Of a stretch of DNA of 64,000 nt, positions 12,964-25,805 are shown piece after piece; the stretch's first letter is position 1; every line of letters begins with the position of its first letter. The notes below the pieces were generated by a model. The model worked only from the letters and a program-made list of their open reading frames with translations, ran no database searches and had not been told where the DNA came from. This DNA is from Macrostomum lignano (taxonomy: Eukaryota): contig NIVC01000102.1 of assembly GCA_002269645.1 (NCBI GenBank), positions 267,950-331,949 of the forward strand. The letters run 5' to 3'. Made by a program: the position numbers and the translations under genes.

Positions 12964-13662
12964 GGTGACTGTAGGGATGGTGACTGTAGGGATGCTGACT
13001 GTAGGGATGGTGACTGTAGGGATGGTGACTGTAGGGATGGTGACTGTAGGGATGGTGACTGTAGGGATGGTGACTGTAGGGATGGTGACTGTAGGGATGC
13101 TGACTGTAGGGATGGTGACTGTAGGGATGGTGACTGTAGGGATGGTGACTGTAGGGATGGTGACTGTAGGGATGGTGACTGTAGGGATGGTGACTGTAGG
13201 GATGGTGACTGTAGGGATGGTGACTGTAGGGATGGTGACTGTAGGGATGGTGACTGTAAGGATAGTGACTGTAGGGATGGTGACTGTAGGGATAGTGACT
13301 GTAGGGATGGTGACTGTAGGGATGGTGACTGTAGGGATGCTGAGTGTAGGGATGGTGACTATAGGGATGGTGACTGTAAGGATGGTGACTGTAGGGATGC
13401 TGAGTGTAGGGATGGTGACTGTAGGGATGGTGACTGTAGGGATGCTGAGTGTAGGGATGGTGACTGTAGGGATGGTGACTGTAAGGATGGTGACTGTAGG
13501 GATGCTGAGTGTAGGGATGGTGACTGTAGGGATGGTGACTGTAGGGATGCTGAGTGTAGGGATGGTGACTATAGGGATGGTGACTGTAGGGATGGTGACT
13601 GTAGGGATGCTGAGTGTAGGGATGGTGACTGTAGGGATGGTGACTGTAGGGATGGTGACTGT
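12964..13662. repeat. 15-bp minisatellite (GGTGACTGTAGGGAT)n
   Basis: About 46 tandem units with minor variants. Confidence 0.95.
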
Positions 13663-14221
13663 TTAAAATATGAAACAGAAGGAGCGGCAGTGATAAGAGG
13701 CTTCTGTAGAAAAGCAAATGAATTTAAACTATTGCAGATGCCAAATGCAGCCCAGCAGACTCTCAACTGCCTGAGCTGAGCACGAGAGGAACAGGCGAAA
13801 GCATAGGAGAGTCGGGAGAGAGCCAGAGCCGAGAGAAAACCTCCCTATTTAACAATGAATTTTCTTGAACAGTTGACCGCCTCCTCAAACCGATGCACTG
13901 CGGGACTGAGCAGAATTTCACACCCCTCAGTGGGCCATTAAATGCATTTAAAGATCTCACAATGCACTGAGGCTGAGGCACAATGGGTCAGCTCAGCCTC
14001 ATCAAGTACAGCTTCGGGTGGACGCTGCAGCCACTGCCTCTCCGTTGCCATGCTGGGTGCACAGAGGCGAAGGCGGCGGACTCAGCGCTCATGCTCGGGA
14101 GAGAAGTTTCGGCTGCTCAGGCCTGGGGTGGTCGGCCTCGCCAGAGGCTGCAAAAGAGCGGGCAGCTGAGAGATGAGGCGGTAAAATCTTTCTGGCAACC
14201 GGCTGCACAAACCTTTGAAAC

Positions 14222-14412
14222 ATCTGCCACTCTGACAGCAGCCGTGACTGACATCTGCCGCTCTGACAGCAGCCGTGACTGACATCTGCCACTCTGACAG
14301 CAGCCGTGACTGACATCTGCCACTCTGACAGCAGCCGTGACTGACATCTGCCACTCTGACAGCAGCCGTGACTGACATCTGCCACTCTGACTGCAGCCGT
14401 GACTGCCATCTG
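14222..14412. repeat. 31-bp minisatellite
   Basis: About 6 units of GACATCTGCCACTCTGACAGCAGCCGTGACT. Confidence 0.9.
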
Positions 14413-15110
14413 TCACTATGATAGCAGACAAAGATCACGGGTAAAGATTTTAAAGTCTCTTCAAAAGTCGTTTAAAAAATTACCAGCCGCAACGCTGCAT
14501 TTCTGCTCCCTCCCCTCTGCCTCCATCCCATCTTTCTCCATCGTCTCTTTGTGCTTCCCCCTACGGATGTACGGGAATGAATTTCTGTGACGGTCGCGTA
14601 CGCTCCCTTTTCTCTCTCAGGCTTCCCTCCGCTGCATTGTTTGGTTTTTCTACCTCTGACCCTCTGTCTCTTCCTTTTAGCTCAAGTACCGTGTTTGTTT
14701 GCTGCAGAGCCTCCTGCCAACGCTTTTGAATTCTCTGCGGCCAAGTTTGTCTTCCGCTGCATCAACAGACTGACGAATTCATAATCATAACTGGCGATTG
14801 GTGAGTCCTGCTCTGCCTTGGCTTCAGTCTGCTGGGCTGACATTGGAGTGAGCTGTCAATTGGGTTTGCGATTGCTCACTGACCAAATCCTTTACTTTGA
14901 GTTCTACCGTTTCTTGTTTCCCTCTGCCTTTTTATCTCTGCTTAAGCCCCTGGTGCTGCTCCGTAGACAATGAAGTCGTCCAAGACGTTCTCTACTACGG
15001 GCAGGCTGTCATGGCTGCCAATTGTCATCCAGATTTCTCTGGAGGCCGCAGGTGCTGACGCTGGGGCTGAACGGCACCCGACAGAATTGGTGCTGACCCT
15101 GGTGCGTCAC

Positions 15111-15202
15111 GAATGCGTCAAGAATGCGTCTCGAATGCGTCACGAATGCGTCACGAATGCGTCACGAATGCGTCACGAATGCGTCTCGAATGCGTCACGA
15201 AT
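15111..15202. repeat. 11-bp tandem repeat (GAATGCGTCAC)n
   Basis: About 8 units. Confidence 0.85.
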
Positions 15203-15469
15203 GCAGATTCCAGTCAGTGCGATCTGCTTGTGCCGTACGCTCGTAGCTGCGTTGCCGAAGGTCTCAGTTGAAGGTCGCTAATGATTCTGGCCTCGAAGGT
15301 TCCGGCACACCGTTGCCAGTCGCGCAGCCTCCGCAGTTGGAGCTTCATCTCCACCAGGCTAAGCTGTCCAGACCAGGCAGCAGATGTCGAAAGCGTCGAG
15401 CCATCGATTCCACTGGACTGCCGGAGGTCCGCTTGCTGGTAGCAACGGTGCCAGTGATCACTCCATGCA

Positions 15470-15610
15470 TCATAAATCATAATTGCAGTGCTGCACAGTG
15501 TCGTACTGGCTGAAGTACTTGTGCAGGCTGTCGGAGGTCACTGACGGGGACAGGCCTCCGATGAACAGCCGGCAGCAGATGTCCTCCCTGCCGTGCGATT
15601 CTTTGTGGTT
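15470..15610 (-). pseudogene. RRM (hnRNP A/Musashi-like) fragment
   Basis: RLFIGGLSPSVTSDSLHKYFSQYDTVQHC matches the RNP2 half of an RRM; the frame then stops and no intact RNP1 is seen. Confidence 0.45.
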
Positions 15611-15928
15611 GCTGCTGTCGTACATTGTGTACTTTCTGTGCCGCTTCCTGCCGGCTGACACCCGCTACTGCAAGTAGTGAGTGGCCGCGACAGTACGGTT
15701 TGGGGCGAGCTGAACAGCTGACTTCTCCCTGACATCAAGCTTCTGACATCCTGACCCAGCAAAGGCACCCTGACACAATCTCTGACACTCTAGTTGGGAT
15801 CTGACATTTAACAAGCAGCCTCAGACATCCCGTCCCTTGCGGATCTGGGCAGATGAGTGAAGGAGCTGAGGATCTGGGCAGGTGTATCTGGGCAAAACCA
15901 ACACGGAGACACATTGCGGGAGACCAAA

Positions 15929-16090
15929 TGCACCTGCACATACCCCAATACACCTGCACATACCCCAATAGACCTGCACATACCCCAATACACCTGCACA
16001 TACCCCAATACACCTGCACATACCCCAATACACCTGCACATACCCCAATACACCTGCACATACCCCAATACACCTGCACATACCCAATAC
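15929..16090. repeat. 20-bp minisatellite (CACCTGCACATACCCCAATA)n
   Basis: About 8 units. Confidence 0.9.
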
Positions 16091-16096
16091 ACCTTA

Positions 16097-16420
16097 CAGC
16101 AGACAGGAGAAGCACCGGTGACTGACAGCTGCTACTCTTACAGCAGACAGGAGAAGCACCAGTGACTGATAGCTGCTACTCTTACAGCAGACAGGAGAAG
16201 CACCAGTGACTGACAGCTGCTACTCTTACAGCAGACAGGAGAAGCACCGGTGACTGACAGCTGCTACTCTTACAGCAAACAGGAGAAGCACCGGTGACTG
16301 ACAGCTGCTACTCTTACAGCAGACAGGAGAAGCACCGGTGACTGACAGCTGCTACTCTTACAGCAGACAGGAGAAGCACCAGTGACTGACAGCTACTACT
16401 CTTACAGCAGACAGGAGAAA
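16097..16420. repeat. 44-bp minisatellite
   Basis: About 7 units of CAGCAGACAGGAGAAGCACC(A/G)GTGACTGACAGCTGCTACTCTTA; a single related unit lies at ~51108-51145. Confidence 0.9.
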
Positions 16421-16934
16421 CACAGGTGGCTGCAAGAGTCGAAAACATAGTTCTTAAGTAGGCGATGCTTTCACTTTGCCATTTGAATATCCGAAATGAG
16501 CAGCTCTGCAGCTCTCTCTCTCCCTCCCTTTTCTCTTGCTCCTTCCCTCTCTCCCACCTCCCACTCCCTCCCTTTCCTATGAGTTTATCTGCACTGATGA
16601 GCAAATTGTGGCACCTGAAATTGAGGGTGTGCAATGTGGGATCCTTGTAGTGAAATTGATGGGCAATTTTTAATGGCACTGGGGCGATTTCCATTTACAG
16701 TTTCGTCTGTGGTGCCTGTAGATTATTATTAGCATATTAGCAGCTTCAAAAAGTTTCAAGTTAAAGTGCTTTCAACTTTTCATTGCTGACTGAAAGAACA
16801 GAAAGAAAAGGCACAGCTGTCACTATTCCTCCCTTTCTTCTCCCTCGCCCTCTTTCTCCCTCCCACCCTCTCCATCCCTCATTTTTCCTTCCTTTTTAAA
16901 AACTTTCTTGCATCCAACACCGCTCTCCAGAACA

Positions 16935-19900
16935 ATGAAACAAAATCGAAGTCGCCATGAGACTGTCACTACCGACAACATCACGCCAACTGCTCTACGC
17001 GCTGCGACCCACGGGCACTTTAGCGACATCACCCGGATCATTTTTGAAGCTCGATTCATTAGTTGCTTTGAAGACTTCAAGTATCTCACCCCGCAAATCA
17101 ATAACCAATCAAACTTGCTGCAAAATGCTGCATTTTCTGGTCGCTTTAAAGACGTCAAGTTTCTCCTCTCACAAATCAATGACCAATCAAACAGGGACAC
17201 CTGCTGCATCAAAGCCGCCGAAAATGCAGCATTTACTGGTCGCTTTGAAGACGTCGAGTTTCTCCTCTCACAAATCAATGACCAATCAAACAGAGATACC
17301 TGCTGCATCAATGCTGCCGAAAAAGCTGCAGACAATAGTGACTTTGTTATCCTCGAGTTTCCCGTCCCACAATTCACTGACCAATCAAAGAGGGGCACCT
17401 GCTGCATCAAAGCTGCTTTAAATGCTGCATGCAATCGTCAGTTTGAATTCATCAAGTTTCTTCACTCCCAAATCAATGACCAATCAAACAGGGACACCTG
17501 CTGCATCAAAGCTGCCGAATCTGCTGCACGCAATGGTCGCTTTGAATTCGTCAAGTACCTCGTTCCACAAATCAATGACCAATCAAACAGGGACGCCTGC
17601 TGCATCAAAGCTGCCGAAGATGCTGCAGGCAATGGTCACTTTGAAATCGTCGAGTATGTCGTGCAACAAATCAATCGCCAATCAAACAGGGACACCTGCT
17701 GCATCAAAGCTGCCGAAAATGCTGCAGGCAATGGTCACTTTGAAATCGTCGAGTATGTCGTGCAACAAATCAATCGCCAATCAAACAGGGACACCTGCTG
17801 CATCAAAGCTGCCGAAAATGCTGCAGGCAATGGTCACTTTGAAATCGTCGAGTATGTCGTGCAACAAATCAATCGCCAATCAAACAGGGACACCTGCTGC
17901 ATCAAAGCTGCCGAAAATGCTGCAGGCAATGGTCACTTTGAAATCGTCAAGTATCTCGTTCCACAAATTAATGACCAATCAAACAGGGACGCCTGCTGCA
18001 TCAAAGCTGCCGAAAATGCTGCAGGCAATGGTCACTTTAAAATCGTCAAGTATCTCGTTCCACAAATTAATGACCAATCAAACAGGGACGCCTGCTGCAT
18101 CAAAGCTGCCGAAAATGCTGCATGCGATGATCACTTTGAAATCGTCGAGTTCCTAATCGCGTGTCTACCAAGTCCAAATCTAAAAGCGAATCTCCGTTTC
18201 CAATGCGCACTCAGCGGTTGCTATCAGGGCCACGACAAGGTTTTTGCCTCCGTCGGCCTCGAGCCCCAATGGCTCTTTCAATCCAGCACCATCCTCAGCT
18301 TCACTGCAGCAATGGCAATTGAAGGCAAGAACTGCGTTCTCAACAAAACCCTCTCTCAAACGCACTCAGCTCAAATCACACACCTGCTCCGCCTCTCTAT
18401 CTCTCAAAGACACGTCGCTCTTGCCGTCACACTGCTCAATCATCAGCGATTCAGCACACAGAATGTCGATCGCCCAGACGACAACACCGGAGCCACCGCT
18501 CTCATGCTCGCAGCTGATGCAGGTCATCACGAACTCATTCACAAACTCATCGATCTCGGCGCCTCACTGCACGCTCAAGACACTGACGGTCGCACTGCTC
18601 TGTCACGAGCCTGCCAAGCCGGTCACGTGCGAGCAGCCAAGACTCTCATCGACAATGGGGCCGATGCCAGCCATCGAGACAGTCAGGGCCTCACGTGTGC
18701 GCAGCTTGCACAGCGATTTGAGCAGCGGCAGGTGCTGCGGCTGCTAAATCCCACCGAGTCAGTTGGAATTTTTCCCTCTACTTGCAATCACCTTGCTACC
18801 TAACCTCGCTTTCATTCACATATTCCAGAAACACACAGCGCCCCCAGACAGCCGCTCACCGCCTTCATCCGTAAGTCTGACCGCCATCCCGCAAATCCGC
18901 TTCCACTGACTGCACCTGCACTATCACCACTCGAGCTTTTCCCTCATGCATCCTTCCAGACTCTCAAACGAGGAGCTGCATCGACTGCTCAGCGATGCGG
19001 GATTCACCGAGCAGAGAGCAAAGTGTCAGCAGAGACTGGCGGACTGGCTACAAGGAGTCGCTCGAGTCCTCACTAAAGATGGCTATCGCAGGCAGATGAC
19101 GGGCAGCTACGCAGAGGGCTGGGCCAACAGTCTGGTGCAAGTGAATGGCAGGACAGCTGCAGACTCGGACATTGACTGGACTGTGCTGGTTGCTGGGCAA
19201 AGGTTCCATCTGGAAGGTGGCTGCAATGGACGATTTGGTTCCTGCAAAGACGCCACTCCGCTGCAGGTCAAGGAGGGCCACGCACAAGTGGCAGTGGGAG
19301 CAGGTCAGTGACGCTCGGTTCATCATCAAAATGCCAAAATTCCTGCTCCGTTTTTATTCGATACCATCAAACAAAAATATCGCTTTTAATACAAATTCCG
19401 GCAAACAATCAGGCGTTATGAAAGAATTAATAAGCAATTCCTTGCGCATACATCATAAGCATGCCTACAATATGCAATACATTAAAAATTGATCTGAAAG
19501 AAAATGAAACAAATTTTCTTTCTCTGCCGAGCATCAACTCCATACAGTAGTAGCATACATTCATTTATGTATCCATAACTCCATATATTCCTTGATTAAA
19601 GCAGTAGCGACACGCGAGAAGAACAAGCGCTACTAACACATTCAAGCAATTACAAACCAACCAATTATAGATATTTATCACCTGCCACAAAGCAACTCCA
19701 TGCTCACTGCGCTCTGCAGGCAGCCAACCTGCAGTGACAGCCACGGCGTGCGGTGTGCGGCCGGCACAGGACACGTGCCATGCAATCCGGTGCTGCAGCA
19801 GCTTCTGTGAGCACAGAATTAAAAAACTGACTGATCTACTACTTCCAAGCGATGGTTTTGCTCACCTCGTTCGGGCGACCAGGCCCAGCTCGACCAACGA

Positions 19901-21332
19901 GCTCAGAGTGAGCTTCAGTTTCCAAGAAAAAGACATCATGAGACGGCTAAGCACAGTCCAGGGCCAGCTGTTCACACTCATCAAGTTCATCTTCAAGAGA
20001 CACTTGCCGCTCACTCTGGACACACCTGGACTCAAGACCTACCATGCAAAGACTCTGCTCTTCACAATGCTGGAGAAGCATGGCACAGATCCTTCAAGTG
20101 AGGCTTGGCAGCCCCACAATCTGATCGCTCTGCTCAACGAGTCTCTCGACATGATGCTGAGCGTCATCGACTCGAGCAGCTCGCCCGATGAGTGCATGCC
20201 GCACTTCTTCATGCCCGACGCTCCGCTCTACTTCAAGAACGCTGGAATCGGCGGCGACTTCGACAACACGAAGGCGAGGGTTCGAGACCGACTTTGTGAG
20301 CTGAGAAGCGACATCGGCGGAGTGGTCGAGCAGCTGATGAGACTCGTGAGACCTCTGCAGTCAGAGAAGTTTTACTTTCACCCGTTCACTCTGTTGCCTC
20401 TAACAGCCCCGCTTGCTGTCACGGAGATCAGGGAAGGAAAAGGCCGTACAAAAATTTACTACAAGTTCGCAGACGTGTACAGTGTGGTGCAACAGTGTGT
20501 GAGCGAGCTGCAGTCGGTATCGAGCGACAGAGACACCCTGATGAGGCAGCTCAGTCTCCTGCATGAGCTGCAGTGGTGCAAGTGCGCCGCCCTGTGCATG
20601 ACCGCCATGGCGCATTTGAAGTTCTGAGAATCTGAGGAGGCTGAGAGACTTGCGATGGAGCTGCAGAGACATCAGGTTGAGTCAGGGTTGAAGCCTCAGG
20701 ATATTCAAGAAAAGCGTAACTGGGAAACAAGAAAGATAAAACTGCCAGCGGACTCAGACTGGGCGTGGAGGTTCTGCCTCCCCTGCGACTCTCCGCCTCG
20801 CTTCCCATTCCTTCCCGAGTTCACGCAGACTCTGTTCACAGCCAGACTGTCGCAGCCTCTCCCCTCCCACCTGTACGTGAGCTTCCGCTGCCTGAGCTGG
20901 AGTCTCCAAGCTGAGCTGCTCCGCAATCGCGCACCTGCAATCGCATTCGATCATTGGATTGAACAGCTGCTTGGAGACCCGGACTTGGAGGAGCTGCTCA
21001 CTCTGGCTCACTACAGCGACTGCCGCGAGCACGTAGAGCTCAGCCTGCAGCAGATGGAGATGATCGAGAAAGAGAGACGCGTCGCCATGGAGACGCAGGA
21101 CGAGGAGAAGATCGGCTGGGTCAGGCAGAAGCGGTGGCGAGTTTCGAACCGCAGCGGCAGCGACAGCGGCGCTCGCCGCAGCAGGGAAGATGAAGAGCGG
21201 AGGCTGTGGGCGAGGGCGAGGCTGCGGCGAGACGGCGGGGCCGACTTGGGGCGTCTGGTTTCCATGGAAACAGCAGCGGAGCAGAGAGACAGCTCGACTC
21301 ACGCCAAGCTCAGTCGGATGAGACTGCAGTGA
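16935..21332 (+). CDS. Ankyrin-repeat / Mab-21 (cGAS-like, cGLR) nucleotidyltransferase, copy 1; exons 16935-18757, 18829-18870, 18960-19303, 19720-21332; premature TGA at 20625-20627
   Basis: GT-AG introns (phases 2,2,1) join in frame. Ten 33-aa CC repeats plus canonical ANKs; GSYAEG..DSDID, QDTCHAI, ELRVSFSFQEK, LKTYHAKTLLF, CMPHFF are Mab-21 motifs. TGA stands where the paralogs have GGA (1038 aa truncated, 1273 codons if read through). Confidence 0.85.
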
Positions 21333-21476
21333 TCTGAGGACTTCGTTGCTCAGATTTTCAAATGGTGCTGGACTGGAATTTCTGACCCAATAAAACCATG
21401 CACGTTTACTGTTGGGTCTCCCTGACTATCTTCTGTTGCATCCAGTTGATTTATAAATTTTGTTCATTCTCTCGGA

Positions 21477-22515
21477 TTATTTCCATAGAACTCTCCTTGT
21501 TGCTGACTCAGTTGCTCTTTTAGGTAATGAGCACATCGAGAGCCATCGAGTCGAGCAGCCATCCTTGTAGGAGCTGCAGTTTCGTACATTTTTCTTGCAG
21601 TTCAATTGCATGCTAAATTGCTTTTTTCCTTTCAAACTGCGTTTCTGCTTTCTTCGATACGGGCTTTTCGATTTTGTTCTGCGGACTTCAATACCCCATT
21701 GCCAACGCTTTTCAATGAAAATATTCAAGCCAAATCTATAGGTAGCAATAGTCTGCATGAACCAGGAAAATTCAAAGTTCGGCTGGGTCATATATTAGTA
21801 TTAGAAATAATACTTTTACTTTTATGTACTGTTATGGCTTTAAATATTGTGTTACATGCTCTTGGATTATTGAAGCACCTGCATGGTCTCAGAATGGGCT
21901 CAATCAGTGAAAAATTATTTCATCATACTTTCATTTTGCAATCATGTTACCTACAGTGACTGACAGCCTGACAGCTCCCTCATGAACATTCTGTGACTGA
22001 CAGCCTGACAGCTCACTTATGACCATCGACAGAACTCCATAATTTTATTTATTGCTGTTTCGTATTAATCAAAAAACGATATACAAATGAGAAAATTCCC
22101 CAATCTGTACTTCAGTAGCGGAAGTTGCTTTGTTCAAATACGTCGCTCTTACGCTCGTAGCATGTTTGCTTGCCTTTTCCACTTCGCAAATAAATTGAAA
22201 AATTATGGAAGAGTTCGTGCCTGAGTTCTTGAACTCACCCTTGTTTGTTTTTTGTGCGGGGTGCTGAGAGATTTTATAATTTTTGAGTTGACTAAACAAA
22301 ATTATTGAATATAATATGAGAACCTTATAGTTAATCGCCTGCAAAATCCCAGAAGACAAAAATAACAGTACATAAAAGGCCGCAAGGTAAAAAAACATCA
22401 AAGGTCAGCCGGCACCTCCTCAGCCAGCAGGCAGTCGCAGAATCGCCGGTGGCTGCCTGCAGCGCCAGCAGCGGCACCTCCTGAACTTCCGGCTGTGGGT
22501 GGCCGCTCGGCTCTG
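21477..22515. repeat. Downstream block of the segmental duplication unit
   Basis: Homologous to ~47200-48460 and, in part, to ~56510-56800. Confidence 0.75.
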
Positions 22516-22691
22516 CAGCATCTGCAGTGCGGCAGCCGCCTCAGCCTGCGGTTCGAGCGACTCCGCCAGCGTCCGGGTCTCGGCGTTGCCTGGAGCTGCG
22601 CCGCCCTCTGGCTGTGTGAGGGCGGTAATGCAGTCCGAGGCCTGTCTGACCGTCAAAGACCGCCCTCCCACGGCCCTCATTGAGATGTAGG

Positions 22692-23356
22692 TAATTGAGC
22701 TGTTGGTCATTGAGCTGTTGGTCATTGAGCTGCTCGTCATTGAGCTGCTGGTCATTGAGCTGTTGGTCATTGAGCTGTTGGTCATTGAGCTGCTCGTCAT
22801 TGAGCTGCTGGTCATTGAGCTGTTGGTCATTGAGCTGTTGGTCATTGAGCTGCTCGTCATTGAGCTGCTGGTCATTGAGCTGTTGGTCATTGAGCTGTTG
22901 GTCATTGAGCTGCTCGTCATTGAGCTGCTCGTCATTGAGCTGTTGGTCATTGAGCTGTTGGTCATTGAGCTGTTGGTCATTGAGCTGTTGGTCATTGAGC
23001 TGTTGGTCATTGAGCTGCTCGTCATTGAGCTGCTGGTCATTGAGCTGTTGGTCATTGAGCTGTTGGTCATTGAGCTGCTCGTCATTGAGCTGTTGGTCAT
23101 TGAGCTGTTGGTCATTGAGCTGTTGGTCATTGAGCTGTTGGTCATTGAGCTGTTGGTCATTGAGCTGTTGGTCATTGAGCTGTTGGTCATTGAGCTGTTG
23201 GTCATTGAGCTGTTGGTCATTGAGCTGTTGGTCATTGAGCTGTTGGTCATTGAGCTGTTGGTCATTGAGCTGTTGGTCATTGAGCTGTTGGTCATTGAGC
23301 TGTTGGTCATTGAGCTGTTGGTCATTGAGCTGTTGGTCATTGAGCTGTTGGTCATT
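22692..23356. repeat. 15-bp minisatellite (GTCATTGAGCTGTTG)n
   Basis: About 44 units. Confidence 0.95.
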
Positions 23357-23827
23357 TGTTTTTACCTGTGTCAAGGCACACAAATCGAGAGCCACTCATG
23401 GGTCAGCAGATGCCGTGCGAAGTTTCTTCAGTTGTTAGCGGAATATCTTGAGACTCAAGGCCTGCTGCTGTGCGACTCGGCTGAGAAACAGGACGGATGG
23501 CCGATCAGCTGCACCGTGCCGAAGGAGTTCTGCGTCTCAGCCATAGGTGAGTTTTTTAAGCTCTTGGTCTTGAACACCGTAAAAATAGAAAGGTAAATGA
23601 ATTCTCTCACAACTGATAGATAATCAACTGTGATAATCATATAATCAACAGCGAAGATCGCATATTAAAATAATTTCATTCCCTTCGAAATTCCCTTCTA
23701 AACAGACTCGAACAGTTGAATGCCACCAACAATGCGGTGACATTGTGGGCGACGTGATAAGGAGGCCGCGAGATCCGAGCAGCGATGCCGAGGCAGCAGA
23801 AACGCTGAATGACCTTTGCGGTATAGA

Positions 23828-23935
23828 GGCAGCTGGGCGGCGGAGGCAGCTAGGCGTCGGAGGCAGCTGGGCGTCGGAGGCAGCTGGGCGTCGGAGGCAG
23901 CTGGGCGGCGGAGGCAGCTGGGCGGCGGAGGCGAT
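23828..23935. repeat. 17-bp tandem repeat (GCAGCTGGGCG[G/T]CGGAG)n
   Basis: About 5-6 units. Confidence 0.8.
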
Positions 23936-24769
23936 AGCAAGCCCAGCTCCGACGCTTCCTCTGCCGCTGAAAGCCACTCAGCCTGGAGACTTCATCATGG
24001 GCTGCTGGCCGACAAATGGCGAAACACGCACGCGGGCAGACTTTGCCAACCGCGCCGAGGCACCAAATGCTCAAGGGGCGTCAGCTCGATGACCAAAGCG
24101 CATCTTCAATTTTTGGACGCCCGCCTTCGAGCGCCTGGCTGCACCATTGGCGCCATCCAGCAGCAAATGAAGTGGCGCCACCCGTGCGCCTCTCCGAGCC
24201 TTGGAGCGGAATTCCGCCAAGTAGAGAAGGCGGAGGCCATGCATGATGTCAGCTAATTGGAATTGTTTGAAAAGCAACCAAAACTGCATGACTGAATTTA
24301 CTCCGGAACTGTTCTTTGCTTTTCTTTATCTCAACACTACAGCTTTTTAATAAAACTTTTTGATTATTAGGCAATGCACTTAATTATATGATTTCAAATG
24401 CTGAAACCCATGTTATAATTTTGTAATTTTAATATTTTTACTCACGTCTGTAAATGGATCTCTACTTCTACTTCTCAGGATCTTCCGCATCTCAGCTGCA
24501 CCTCTATCTACTAATTTCAGCTTGCATATTTGTCTCCTTCTCCATAAGCAAACAGGTCCTTGAATTTCACTTCCATCTGTTTTTGCAATTTTTCTTATAG
24601 CTTTCATTGTCTTTGTTTATTATAAATCTTCGGTTTCCCTCGTCAGTTTCAATTTTTGAGTCAAACAGTTATTAGCCTTTGTTGACTTTCCTACATTTCT
24701 ACTTTGTATTAGTAGGATGATATCTTAAATTTTCTTCCCGATTTATTGATACATTTTGTGTCATAACCA

Positions 24770-25465
24770 TGCCAGGCCGCAATGCAGGGGCAGCAGGAAA
24801 AGGGCGCCAATGCCAGGCCGCAATGCAGGGGCAGCAGGAAAAGGACGCCAATGCCAGGCCGCAGTGCAGGGGAAGCAGCAAAAGGGCGCCAATGCCAGGC
24901 CGCAGTGCAGGGCAGCAGCAAAAGGGCGCCAATGCCAGGCCACAGTGCAGGGGCAGCAGGAAAAGGGCGCCAATGCCAGGCCGCAATGCAGGGGCAGCAG
25001 GAAAAGGGCGCCAATGCCAGGCCGCAATGCAGGGGCAGCAGGAAAAGGACGCCAATGCCAGGCCGCAGTGCAGGGGAAGCAGCAAAAGGGCGCCAATGCC
25101 AGGCCGCAGTGCAGGGCAGCAGCAAAAGGGCGCCAATGCCAGGCCACAGTGCAGGGGCAGCAGGAAAAGGGCGCCAATGCCAGGCCGCAATGCAGGGGCA
25201 GCAGGAAAAGGGCGCCAATGCCAGGCCGCAATGCAGAGGCAGCAGGAAAAGGGCGCCAATGCCAGGCCGCAATGCAGAGGCAGCAGGAAAAGGGCGCCAA
25301 TGCCAGGCCGCAATGCAGGGGCAGCAGGAAAAGGGCGCCAATGCTAGGCCGCAATGCAGGGGCAGCAGGAAAAGGGCGCCAATGCCAGGCCGCAATGCAG
25401 GGGCAGCAGCAAAAGGGCGCCAATGCCAGGCCGCAATGCAGGGGCAGCAGGAAAAGGGCGCCATG
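24770..25465. repeat. ~41-bp GC-rich minisatellite
   Basis: About 17 units of GCCAGGCCGCAATGCAGGGGCAGCAGGAAAAGGGCGCCAAT. Confidence 0.93.
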
Positions 25466-25805
25466 GCTGCGGTGCGGAGGCTGCATTTGAGCGCCGGTCC
25501 TCAGCGGCTGTCCTGGCGGGGTCGCCAGAAAGGCAGCTCAAAATTTCAGTGGAGCCGCAGCAGCCCCTCAGCTCAGCCCACTGGATTCGCCCCTGCTGCA
25601 AAATGGCCGCGTGCCGCACTGCTCAAACTCAAACTGCAGCAAGATACTCGTAGTGGAAGCAAGCAGAGAGCAAAAATGTTCGATGAGTGGCAGGTGGGCG
25701 AGCGGTCAGCCCTGGCTACAGAGGAGACATGGAAGCTGCCAGTACAAAAATTGTTCTGCATTAAAAATTTTTAAGGTCAAAAATAACCTTCAAAAATTTT
25801 ACAAC

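Noticed and set aside
12956-13717. Long HHPYS/MVTVG ORFs
   Set aside because: Artefacts of a 15-bp stop-free minisatellite.
16823-18747. Alternative-frame and antisense ORFs over the ankyrin exon (likewise in copies 2 and 3)
   Set aside because: Shadows of the 99-bp coding repeat with no independent motifs.
18946-21332. Bacterial CBASS CD-NTase or recent horizontal transfer
   Set aside because: Spliceosomal introns and animal Mab-21-type motifs; no bacterial operon context.
22420-23596. MTNSS/VIELL/NDQQL ORFs
   Set aside because: Open frames arise from a 15-bp repeat on both strands.
22400-24260. Possible exons of another gene (GC-rich segments, a GTGAGT donor near 23548)
   Set aside because: No recognisable domain, interrupted by stops and minisatellites; only part of it is present in unit 2.
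24699-25774. Cluster of overlapping Cys/Gln-rich ORFs (also 48784-49419)
   Set aside because: Translations of the 41-bp minisatellite; the unit length is not a multiple of 3.
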